From: a virus
IMG/VR virus record: IMGVR_UViG_3300037466_003065
Span: 1-64,000 of that record
Length of the DNA: 64,000 nucleotides
Strand: one strand, 5' to 3'
Shown here: one piece after another, positions 57,263-64,000 of the stretch
How the letters are laid out: every line of letters starts with the position of its first letter
Numbering within the stretch: the first letter of the stretch is position 1
Position numbers and translations under genes: made by a program
The notes under the pieces: model-generated
The model's database searches: none
What the model saw: only the letters and a program-made list of their open reading frames with translations
Told to the model about the DNA's origin: nothing

Positions 57263-57838
57263 TTACGGCTGCGTCGTGGGCGGCGCGAACTCGAACGGCG
57301 TCACCATCGGCACGCTGCCCGGGGCCGGCTTGAAACTCGCCGTCGCCTCCTTGACGCCGTCCGTTATCGCCAGCAAGAGCACCGACGCCGCCTTCTTCCT
57401 CACGTCGGCCGGCTGCCCCGCCAGATACGTGTCCAGCTTCGACTCGACCACCGTTGACAGCTCGTCGAGCAGCGTCCCGACGATTATCCGGTACTTGGGC
57501 TGCACCTTCGTGACCTGCGACGCCACGTACCGCTTCACCAGCGACAGGTCGACCGCGTTGTTCAGGACGGCCTGCTCCACCGTGTCCGCGACCTGGTAGG
57601 CGAACGCGCCCACCTTGGCCTGCGAGTCGGCGTCGACCGAGACCAGCACGGTCGCCGTGGTCAGGGAGCTGACCAGCTTGATCTCGCCCTGGTGAGCCAG
57701 GATCTGCGTGTCCAGCCCCGCGGGCTGGGTGGTGGCCACCCCCGACGACGGCGACGACGCGCAACCGGTCAGGCACAACACAGCGACGGCGACCAACGCG
57801 GCCGCACCTCTCGTAACGAACGCACGAAACGGAGTCAT
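57263..57838 (-). CDS. Lipoprotein, 191 aa
   Basis: SD GAGGAG. MTPFRAFVTRGAAALVAVAVLCLTG|C lipobox, helical body. Confidence 0.85.
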   Translation of the reverse strand: MTPFRAFVTRGAAALVAVAVLCLTGCASSPSSGVATTQPAGLDTQILAHQGEIKLVSSLTTATVLVSVDADSQAKVGAFAYQVADTVEQAVLNNAVDLSLVKRYVASQVTKVQPKYRIIVGTLLDELSTVVESKLDTYLAGQPADVRKKAASVLLLAITDGVKEATASFKPAPGSVPMVTPFEFAPPTTQP

Positions 57839-57956
57839 GGGACTCTCCTCGAAAGAACCGAAGACCGAGAGCCCGACGCGGGCCCTTCGCTTTCGAGATC
57901 GGCATTTCGGGGATGGGTGGCATGATCAGAATCGTGGGAATCGCGAAGCGGGGGTA

Positions 57957-57985
57957 AGTGTACCCGGAGGGATTACTCGGTGCAA
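57957..57985 (-). promoter_or_regulatory. Sigma-70 promoter TTGCAC-N17-TACACT (leftward block)
   Basis: On the minus strand: TTGCAC at 57985-57980, 17 nt, TACACT at 57962-57957. Same -10 as the recD2 promoter. An operator half-site lies in the spacer (57971-57976). Confidence 0.75.
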
Positions 57986-58004
57986 GGGCGGGGAAAGATT
58001 TAAT

Positions 58005-58023
58005 TTAATCCCCCCGAGATTAC
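58005..58023. promoter_or_regulatory. Palindromic operator copy TTAATC-N7-GATTAC
   Basis: TTAATC at 58005-58010 and GATTAC at 58018-58023, next to the AT-rich AAAGATTTAATTTAAT. Confidence 0.65.
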
Positions 58024-58031
58024 TGCGGCAC

Positions 58032-58128
58032 TGTCCCAGTTTTGCGACAGTCCCAATTCTGCGATATGTCGCAGTTCTGCGACACCGCCGCGTTTTTGAC
58101 ACCGCCAGCGTGTCGCAATTCTGCAACA
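58032..58128. repeat. Four 18-bp quasi-palindromic repeats, consensus TGTC(G/C)CA(G/A)TT(C/T)TGC(G/A)ACA (iteron-like)
   Basis: TGTCCCAGTTTTGCGACA at 58032-58049, AGTCCCAATTCTGCGATA at 58049-58066, TGTCGCAGTTCTGCGACA at 58067-58084 (perfect 8-bp arms), TGTCGCAATTCTGCAACA at 58111-58128. Confidence 0.85.
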
Positions 58129-58168
58129 CCCCACCCCCTCTACGCGCGGGCGCCCGCGCGAATAAGGA

Positions 58169-58187
58169 ATACCCCCTTCGGGGGTAT
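58169..58187. other. Hairpin ATACCCCC-TTC-GGGGGTAT
   Basis: Perfect 8-bp stem with a 3-nt loop in the divergent intergenic region. Confidence 0.5.
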
Positions 58188-58283
58188 ACCCAGTTCTTAC
58201 TTACTCCCCCTACCCCCCTCTTGAGTTTTCCACCCCCCTAGCGAGGCGCCCGGCGCGGTGCGCGGAAAATTCTGATTCTGATC

Positions 58284-58311
58284 TTGCAGGCCAAACTGCC
58301 GATGGTATGCT
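58284..58311 (+). promoter_or_regulatory. Sigma-70-like promoter TTGCAG-N16-TATGCT with extended TG
   Basis: TTGCAG at 58284-58289 and TGG-TATGCT at 58303-58311, upstream of the replication block. Confidence 0.6.
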
Positions 58312-58324
58312 TCGCGAGTCGTTG

Positions 58325-58343
58325 GTAATCACCCAGAGATTAC
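58325..58343. promoter_or_regulatory. Perfect operator GTAATC-N7-GATTAC (copy A)
   Basis: Read directly. Preceded by GTTG. Lies in the predicted 5' leader of the gene at 58403. Confidence 0.75.
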
Positions 58344-58370
58344 TTCCCGGCTTCGCAGTGCAGAGCGTTG

Positions 58371-58389
58371 GTAATCCCCCGCGGATTAC
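58371..58389. promoter_or_regulatory. Perfect operator GTAATC-N7-GATTAC (copy B)
   Basis: Read directly. Also preceded by GTTG. 46 bp from copy A and 13 nt before ATG 58403. Confidence 0.75.
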
Positions 58390-58402
58390 CTCGCGAGAAC
58401 CG

Positions 58403-59458
58403 ATGACTGACACCACTACCCCACCCAGTGACATCCGGCTCACGCCGGCCGAACGGCTCATGCTGGCCGTGTCCGACCCGGCTCACGCCGGGATCTCCGG
58501 CCAGCTCTACGCCTGGTTGGCCGCCCACTTCGGCCCGGAGGGCTCGGGCGACTACCCGGGCACCGGGCCGCTGGCCCGGGCGTTCTCCGCACACCGGCAC
58601 ACCGTGCTGCGGGCCGAGGAGACGCTGACGGCCATGGGGTGGCTCACGCTCACCGGCGGCCCCGACCGGAAGAAGCTCACGCTGGCGACGCCGGCCAACT
58701 TCCCGGAGGCGAGGGTGGCCGCCCTCCGGGACGCGATGCAGGGCAAGCCGGTGGCCAAGCCGTCGCCCGCACCGCGACCCCCACGCAAGCCCCGCAAACC
58801 TCGCGAGCCCCGCAAGCCGCAAGTCGAGAAGGTCGAGGTGGCGGTGGAGCGGGCCCCCGAGCCGCCCGCGGCCGACGACGTCCTGAGCGAACCGCCGACA
58901 CCCCCACCAGCCGACCCCAAGCCCGCGAAGAAGGCGACGTCGGCAGGGCTCACGGACGAGGAGAAGGCAGCGATCCTCACCGACGTCAACGTGATGGAGC
59001 GATACCTGCTCTGGGGCAAGGCGGCAATCCCAGCCGACGTCGACATCAGCACGCTTGAGCCGGTGGCGACCAACTGGCGCAAGCACCTCGTCGACAGGGA
59101 TCCGAACGTCGACAAGTGGGGCATCCCCGAGTTTATGGGCTTCTACTGGTATTCCGTAAGTCGGTGGCGTACGGCACGCCAGATCCAGCTCACGCTCCCG
59201 ATGTGGAAGCGGATGGCGGGGGACTTCAAGAACCTTCTGGCCACGATGACGAAGGCGGACTTCCACATGTTCATCCGCAACGTCGTCATGCACTTCGACC
59301 TGATCCGGTTTCAACTCCGGAACCTGTCGGCCCAGGTCGCCCTGAATGAGACGTCGCTGAGCACGAAGCTGATCAAGGACACCGCGTTCAACATCGGGCA
59401 GATGGACGAGGCCGGCCTGAACGAGGCGTACGAACAACTGAAAAAGGTCTGGGGCTAA
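58403..59458 (+). CDS. Winged-helix DNA-binding protein, candidate replication initiator/regulator, 351 aa (start corrected to ATG 58403)
   Basis: QLYAWLAAHF...YPGTGPLARAFSAHRHTVLRAEETLTAMGWLTL is a wHTH, followed by a Pro/Lys-rich linker and a helical C-terminal domain. First gene of the recA-dnaB block. Confidence 0.65.
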   Translation: MTDTTTPPSDIRLTPAERLMLAVSDPAHAGISGQLYAWLAAHFGPEGSGDYPGTGPLARAFSAHRHTVLRAEETLTAMGWLTLTGGPDRKKLTLATPANFPEARVAALRDAMQGKPVAKPSPAPRPPRKPRKPREPRKPQVEKVEVAVERAPEPPAADDVLSEPPTPPPADPKPAKKATSAGLTDEEKAAILTDVNVMERYLLWGKAAIPADVDISTLEPVATNWRKHLVDRDPNVDKWGIPEFMGFYWYSVSRWRTARQIQLTLPMWKRMAGDFKNLLATMTKADFHMFIRNVVMHFDLIRFQLRNLSAQVALNETSLSTKLIKDTAFNIGQMDEAGLNEAYEQLKKVWG

Positions 59459-59485
59459 CCGAACAAACTTCAACAGGAGAGCATC

Positions 59486-60805
59486 ATGGCATTGGCATCG
59501 AAGAAGAACGACAAGAAGGGCGGCAAGAAGGAGAAGGCCACCAAGGCGAAGGTGGTCACCGCGGGCAAACCGCTCGCCCGCGTCTCGGACACGGCCCGCA
59601 AGCTCGTCCAGGAGGCGATGGACAACCGGTTCGGCGAAGGCACCGTGATCGCCGGCGGCCGGATGGGCACGGGGATCTACCCGTACCAGCTCGAGTCCGG
59701 GTCGCTCGGCCTCGACGGCATCCTCGCCCCCGTCCGCAAGATCGTCGAGACGGACAAGAAGGGCAGCCCGATCGGCGCCAAGTGGCAGCACGGCATCACG
59801 CCGGGCCGTATCGTCGAGATCTACGGCCCCGAGTCCACCGGCAAGACGACGCTCGCCCTCCACTTCATCGCCGCCACCCAGCGGGCCGGCGGCTCGGCCG
59901 CGTTCATCGACATGGAGCACGCGCTCGATCCGGCCTACGCCAAGCAGCTCGGCGTCAACCTCGAAGAGTTGGAGTTCACCCAGCCCGACTACGGCGAGCA
60001 GGCGCTCGAGCAGTGCGAGATGTTCATCCGCTCCGGCTACGCCTGCATCGTCGTCGACTCCGCGGCGGCCCTCGTCCCGAAGGCCGAACTGGAGGGCGAG
60101 ATGGGCGACTCGGCGGTCGGCCTGCAGGCCCGCCTGATGTCGCAGGCCCTGCGGAAGATCTCGTCGCTCCTGGGCCCGCACAAGGCCAACTGCACCGTGA
60201 TCTTCATCAACCAGCTCCGCGAGAAGATCGGCGTGATGTTCGGCAACCCGGAGACGACGCCGGGCGGCCGCGCCCTCCGCTTCTACTCGGGCACCCGGAT
60301 CGAGGTGCGTCGCGGCGACGCGATCAAGCTGAAGGTCAACGACGTCGAGAAGCAGGTCGGTCACCGCTTCCGGATGAAGACGATCAAGAACAAGACCCGC
60401 CCGCCGTACCAGGACGCGGAGTCGAGCCTGATCTACGGCCACGGCCTGCACGTCGTCGAGGAGCTCTACGACCTCGCCGAGGGCCTGGGCCTGTTCACGG
60501 CGAGCGGCCACTTCCGCAAGTTCAGCGGCACCTCGCTGGGTAATGGGCGGGCCGCCTGCGTCGCCACCCTCCAGAGCAACCCCCAGCTCCGATGGGCCGT
60601 CTACGACGCGTACTGGACGAAGTTCAACGCGATCCAGGGCCTCCACCCGGACGGCAGCCCGATCGAGGGGTTCGTCCACAAGAACGTCCCGACGCTCAAC
60701 ACCACGTTCGACAGCAATGCCGCCGCTGCTGCCGATCCCGAGCCGACCGCCGGGGAGTTCGAGGAGGACGGTGACGACGTCGAGAGTATCGAGGGGGCCG
60801 AGTGA
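59486..60805 (+). CDS. recA: RecA recombinase, 439 aa
   Basis: SD AGGAG. GRIVEIYGPESTGKTT, AFIDMEHALDP, IVVDSAAALVP, GEMGDSAVGLQARLMSQALRK, FINQLREKIGVMFGNPETTPGGRALRFY and KNK. Confidence 0.97.
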   Translation: MALASKKNDKKGGKKEKATKAKVVTAGKPLARVSDTARKLVQEAMDNRFGEGTVIAGGRMGTGIYPYQLESGSLGLDGILAPVRKIVETDKKGSPIGAKWQHGITPGRIVEIYGPESTGKTTLALHFIAATQRAGGSAAFIDMEHALDPAYAKQLGVNLEELEFTQPDYGEQALEQCEMFIRSGYACIVVDSAAALVPKAELEGEMGDSAVGLQARLMSQALRKISSLLGPHKANCTVIFINQLREKIGVMFGNPETTPGGRALRFYSGTRIEVRRGDAIKLKVNDVEKQVGHRFRMKTIKNKTRPPYQDAESSLIYGHGLHVVEELYDLAEGLGLFTASGHFRKFSGTSLGNGRAACVATLQSNPQLRWAVYDAYWTKFNAIQGLHPDGSPIEGFVHKNVPTLNTTFDSNAAAAADPEPTAGEFEEDGDDVESIEGAE

Positions 60806-61221
60806 GCTTCGGCAAGAAGAAGAACCTTCACCCCGCGCGTCGGGAGACCGCCTCCGAGCTACACCGCTTCACCCTCGGCCTGGCTCGGGAGGCGTTCCCG
60901 ATGTTCACGCTGCTCGAAGAGCAGACGATTGAAGTTCGGCAGAACGGCAAGCCGAAGACCCTGTTCGTCGACATCGTGATCAGGGAGCTATGCGTCTGCA
61001 TCGAGTGCCAGGGTCGTCAGCACGACGAGCACGTCCCCTACTTCCACAAGACGCAGGCCGACTTCAACCGGGCCAAGGAACGCGACGCCCTGAAGACCGA
61101 AGCCATCTACGAGTGCGGCATGGTGGTGGTCTACGTCTACGAGAACGAGAAGAACAAACTCACCAAGGCCCAGTTGGAACGCCGCATCCTGCAGGCCCTG
61201 AAGGCGAAGAAGGCACAATGA
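60802..61221 (+). CDS. PD-(D/E)XK / Vsr-like (DUF559-type) endonuclease, 139 aa
   Basis: GTGA overlap. LFVDIVI...IECQGRQH...FH...RDALK motif. Confidence 0.8.
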   Translation: MSFGKKKNLHPARRETASELHRFTLGLAREAFPMFTLLEEQTIEVRQNGKPKTLFVDIVIRELCVCIECQGRQHDEHVPYFHKTQADFNRAKERDALKTEAIYECGMVVVYVYENEKNKLTKAQLERRILQALKAKKAQ

Positions 61222-62489
61222 ACGCGACGGACAGTGAGATCGGATCATTCATCGAGATGACGCAGGGAGGGGCCGGCACCCAGGCCACGTTTGCCCCGCC
61301 CGTTCCGCAGGAGAACCCTCCGGCGGCCAAGGCGGCACAGCAACAGCCCGCTGCACCGCAGCAGCCGGCCCCTCCCGCGGCCGCGCCCCAGAAGCCGATC
61401 ACGGGCAACGGGCTCCTGCCCCCGCTCGTGCCGGGCGGCTCGGTCTCGGTGACGTCGCTGGGGGCGACGCCCAATTCGCCACCCTCGACCGGCCAGACCA
61501 CGTTCCAGACCCAGCCGCCCAAGCCGGCCGGCCCGCTCGTCCACGACGTGCTGAAGGCCAGCGGGACTCCGGCCGGGCACGTCCCGCCCCAGCAACAGCT
61601 CACGCCGGGGCAGGCCGCCGACATCACGCAGGCGTTCGCCGAGCAGCAGAACGGCACCATGGCGGCCCTGCCGCACATGGATCCGGACGACCCCATGGTG
61701 CCCGGCGCCGGCGAGGTCGTGGAGGAGGGTGACTTCGAGTACGACGACGCCCCCAGCCAGATCGCGGAGCTCGCCCGGCGTCAGGCCACGCAAGCCGTCG
61801 CCAAGCAGGAGGATCAGCGGGCGACCACGGCCATTCAGCAGGTCGCCGGCACGCCGCTCCGCACCCCGGGCGGCACCGTACCGCCCGCCCCGACCGCGGG
61901 CAACCTGCCCGACCGGCCACTGTTCGAGCCGCAGGCCGTCACCGTGGGCAACGGCACCGAGTCGGTCGCCGACACGGACGGCACGCTCAAGCGGGTGGCC
62001 CGTGACATCAAGCAGCTCCGGTTGGCGATCGGCCTGGCCCTGCTCGACGACCCGGACGCCTACGACCCGGCGAACGCCGTGCACGTCGCACTCCACACGA
62101 TCCGCTGGAACACCGAGGGGCTGTTCGAAATGACGCCCCACGACCTGTGCAAGATCGAGGTGCTGCTCGCCGGCCACCACGTCTACATGCAGGGGCTGGA
62201 GAAGGAGTGGGCCGCCCACAACCGGACGTACACCGAGGAGCTGGAGAAGTGCCTGCGTAACGCCCGCGATGGCTATCCGGGCGGCACGAAGCAGGAGAAG
62301 GAGGACGCGGCCGTGCTGGCCGACAAGAACCTCTCCAACCTCCGGCTCCAGACCGTGCGAGCCCGCGCGATCGCCACCGTGCTCGAGGGGGCCGGCGAGG
62401 CGTTCAGCCAGTACGAGAACAGCCTCAAGCGTGCGATCTCCCTCTCGATCCACGAGTACACCCAGAACCCGAACCGTCGCGTTAGCTGA
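61218..62489 (+). CDS. Pro/Gln-rich protein with C-terminal UvsY-like coiled coil, 423 aa (start corrected to ATG 61218)
   Basis: ATGA overlap. About 250 aa of low-complexity N-terminus. The C-terminus TKQEKEDAAVLADKNL...VLEGAGEAFSQYENSLKRAI resembles UvsY-type mediators. Confidence 0.55.
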   Translation: MNATDSEIGSFIEMTQGGAGTQATFAPPVPQENPPAAKAAQQQPAAPQQPAPPAAAPQKPITGNGLLPPLVPGGSVSVTSLGATPNSPPSTGQTTFQTQPPKPAGPLVHDVLKASGTPAGHVPPQQQLTPGQAADITQAFAEQQNGTMAALPHMDPDDPMVPGAGEVVEEGDFEYDDAPSQIAELARRQATQAVAKQEDQRATTAIQQVAGTPLRTPGGTVPPAPTAGNLPDRPLFEPQAVTVGNGTESVADTDGTLKRVARDIKQLRLAIGLALLDDPDAYDPANAVHVALHTIRWNTEGLFEMTPHDLCKIEVLLAGHHVYMQGLEKEWAAHNRTYTEELEKCLRNARDGYPGGTKQEKEDAAVLADKNLSNLRLQTVRARAIATVLEGAGEAFSQYENSLKRAISLSIHEYTQNPNRRVS

Positions 62490-64000
62490 TGTCACAACTC
62501 GCTCACGTCATTCAGAAGAACCAACTCCAGCAGGAGGAGTTCGTTCTTTACGACCACTCGACCGAGCGGGCGTTCCTCTGCTGCCTCATGGTCAAGCCCG
62601 ACCTGATCATCGAGGCGGAACGGACACTGCAGCCCGAAGCGGTCTACCAACCCCTCAACCGGTACGTGTACCAGGTCATGCTGTACATCTACCGGAACGC
62701 GGCCCAGCACGGGTGGCCGCTGCAGTTCGACCCGATGTCCATGATGAGCGTGGCCCAGTACATGGGCCAGAACTTCGTCCGCAACTTCCTTGAGAAGACG
62801 GACGGGATGCAGCAGGTGCGGGACATTGAGGCCCTGAAGCACCACATCCGCATCGAGCAGTTCCAGCACTACGTCCAGATCCTGATCGACCGTTCGACCC
62901 GGGTCGAGATCTACCGCAGGGCCCGGCAGATGCAGGAGGCGGCCCTGAACTTCGCCCAGTACCCGCTAGCCGAGCAGATCGCGTCGGAGGCCGGGTCGGA
63001 GCTGGGGAAGCTGGCCTTCCGCGGCGGGAACGAGACCGACTCGCGGATCACGAAGATGTCCGACGCCGAGGCCGGCTACATCGGCAAGGTCACGGTCAAC
63101 CACGACAACCCCGACAAGGGCCTGTTCAGCGTCACCTGCAACCTGTTCCCGTTCCTGATGAACAAGATGAACGGCGGGTATCGCCGCCGGGGCCTGACCA
63201 TGGTCTGCGCCCGGCCGAAGGTCGGCAAGTCGAGCTGGCTCTTGGCCAACGCGGTTCAGATGGCCGTCGTGCAGCAGATCCCCGTGCTGTACATCGACAC
63301 GGAAATGAGCCGCGAGGAAATGTTCGGACGCGGGATCGCCCACGTGTCGGGCATCCAGGAGTTCGACATCATGCGGGGCATCTTCCTCGACGAGGGGAAC
63401 GGTGAGATGGCCACCCATCTTGAGGCCGGCCTCGGGTTGATGCGTCGGTCGCCCCTGTATTACGTGAACATCGCGGGCAAGCCGATCCACTTCGTCCAGT
63501 CGGTCATGCGGCAGTTCCGCAACCAGCACGTCGGGACGACCGAGGTGACGTCCCGCGACGGCCAGACGCTGACGTTCTCGAACCGGGCGGCCGTGATCTA
63601 CGACTGGCTCAAGCTGCCCGACCCCGGGTCGTTGAAGCAGGCGGCCGAACACCAGATGCTCGGGTTCGCGGCGTCGGCGATCAAAGACGCTGCGAACGAA
63701 CTGGATCTTCCGGTCATCGCCGGCGCCCAGAACAACCGCGGGGCTATCGGTATGGATACCGACGAGTGGGAGGAGATGGGCGAGGGCGTCGTCGCCGGCT
63801 CCGACCGGATCGCCCAGTTCTGCACCATGCTCTGCGTGTTGCGGAACGTCGTCCCTGCCGAAGAGCAACTGATCCGGGCCAACCTCGCCAAGTACCTGCG
63901 GAAGGATGGGGAGCGGAAGTTCGAGGCCGAGACCGGACTTTGGACGTACGAGGGCAAGGAGCTGGAGGGCCACGCGGCCCTGCCCTACAACCAGATGCTG
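62489..64000 (+). CDS. dnaB: DnaB-like replicative helicase (partial, runs off window; absent from ORF track)
   Basis: TGATG coupling. My translation is MSQLAHVIQ...STERAFLCCL, Walker A ARPKVGKS at 63209-63232, VLYIDTEMS, VIYDWLKL and LDLPVIAGAQNNR. No in-frame stop seen up to 64000. Confidence 0.92.
   Translation, partial: MSQLAHVIQKNQLQQEEFVLYDHSTERAFLCCLMVKPDLIIEAERTLQPEAVYQPLNRYVYQVMLYIYRNAAQHGWPLQFDPMSMMSVAQYMGQNFVRNFLEKTDGMQQVRDIEALKHHIRIEQFQHYVQILIDRSTRVEIYRRARQMQEAALNFAQYPLAEQIASEAGSELGKLAFRGGNETDSRITKMSDAEAGYIGKVTVNHDNPDKGLFSVTCNLFPFLMNKMNGGYRRRGLTMVCARPKVGKSSWLLANAVQMAVVQQIPVLYIDTEMSREEMFGRGIAHVSGIQEFDIMRGIFLDEGNGEMATHLEAGLGLMRRSPLYYVNIAGKPIHFVQSVMRQFRNQHVGTTEVTSRDGQTLTFSNRAAVIYDWLKLPDPGSLKQAAEHQMLGFAASAIKDAANELDLPVIAGAQNNRGAIGMDTDEWEEMGEGVVAGSDRIAQFCTMLCVLRNVVPAEEQLIRANLAKYLRKDGERKFEAETGLWTYEGKELEGHAALPYNQML

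Noticed and set aside
58032-58128. Palindromic repeats as a CRISPR array
   Set aside because: The repeats abut or overlap without unique spacers of about 30 nt, they are degenerate, and no cas genes are present.
58307-58402. Track's upstream start for the wHTH gene
   Set aside because: The extension runs through the promoter -10 and both operators in low-GC sequence, so ATG 58403 is preferred.
50272-64000. Inteins or introns in nrdJ, recA or dnaB
   Set aside because: The conserved motifs are contiguous. No C...HN(C/S/T) splice junctions or LAGLIDADG blocks are visible.

Overview
The window is a gene-dense, high-GC segment of a large tailed dsDNA phage. Its host is probably a planctomycete (Phycisphaerae-like); that assignment is inference from recalled family signatures. 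There are three transcription blocks. (1) 1-42029 (+) is a tail/baseplate module. It contains a 3991-aa tape measure protein, hub-like and spike-like genes, and giant Cys/Zn-motif structural proteins of 1114, 2773 and 1613 aa. It also has a CUB-like domain, a GH-like 5-blade propeller and a minimal subtilase, and is interrupted by a small accessory island (HNH, candidate Acb2/Tad1-like sponge, MerR-type HTH). (2) 41989-57838 (-) holds nucleotide metabolism, recombination and regulation genes: a FliA/WhiG sigma-28 factor, HNH, ThyX, RdgC-like, P-loop kinase, RecD2, HTH-metallophosphoesterase, class II RNR, dCMP deaminase and two lipoproteins. (3) 58403-64000 (+) is a replication block: a winged-helix protein, RecA, a PD-(D/E)XK nuclease, a UvsY-like protein and DnaB, which is cut off by the window edge. 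The most striking unannotated signal is a readable regulatory circuit. A phage-borne sigma-28 has four matching GCCGA(T/C) promoter candidates in the late module, three of them exactly 7 nt before an SD-less ATG. A palindromic operator (G/C/T)TAATC-N7-GATTA(C/T) occurs five times at sigma-70-type promoters. Four 18-bp quasi-palindromic repeats next to an AT-rich patch form an origin-like locus at the divergent junction. Family assignments come from motif recognition only; no database searches were run. Several starts in the ORF track were corrected, and three genes missing from or buried in the track were added (41379, 56121, 62489).
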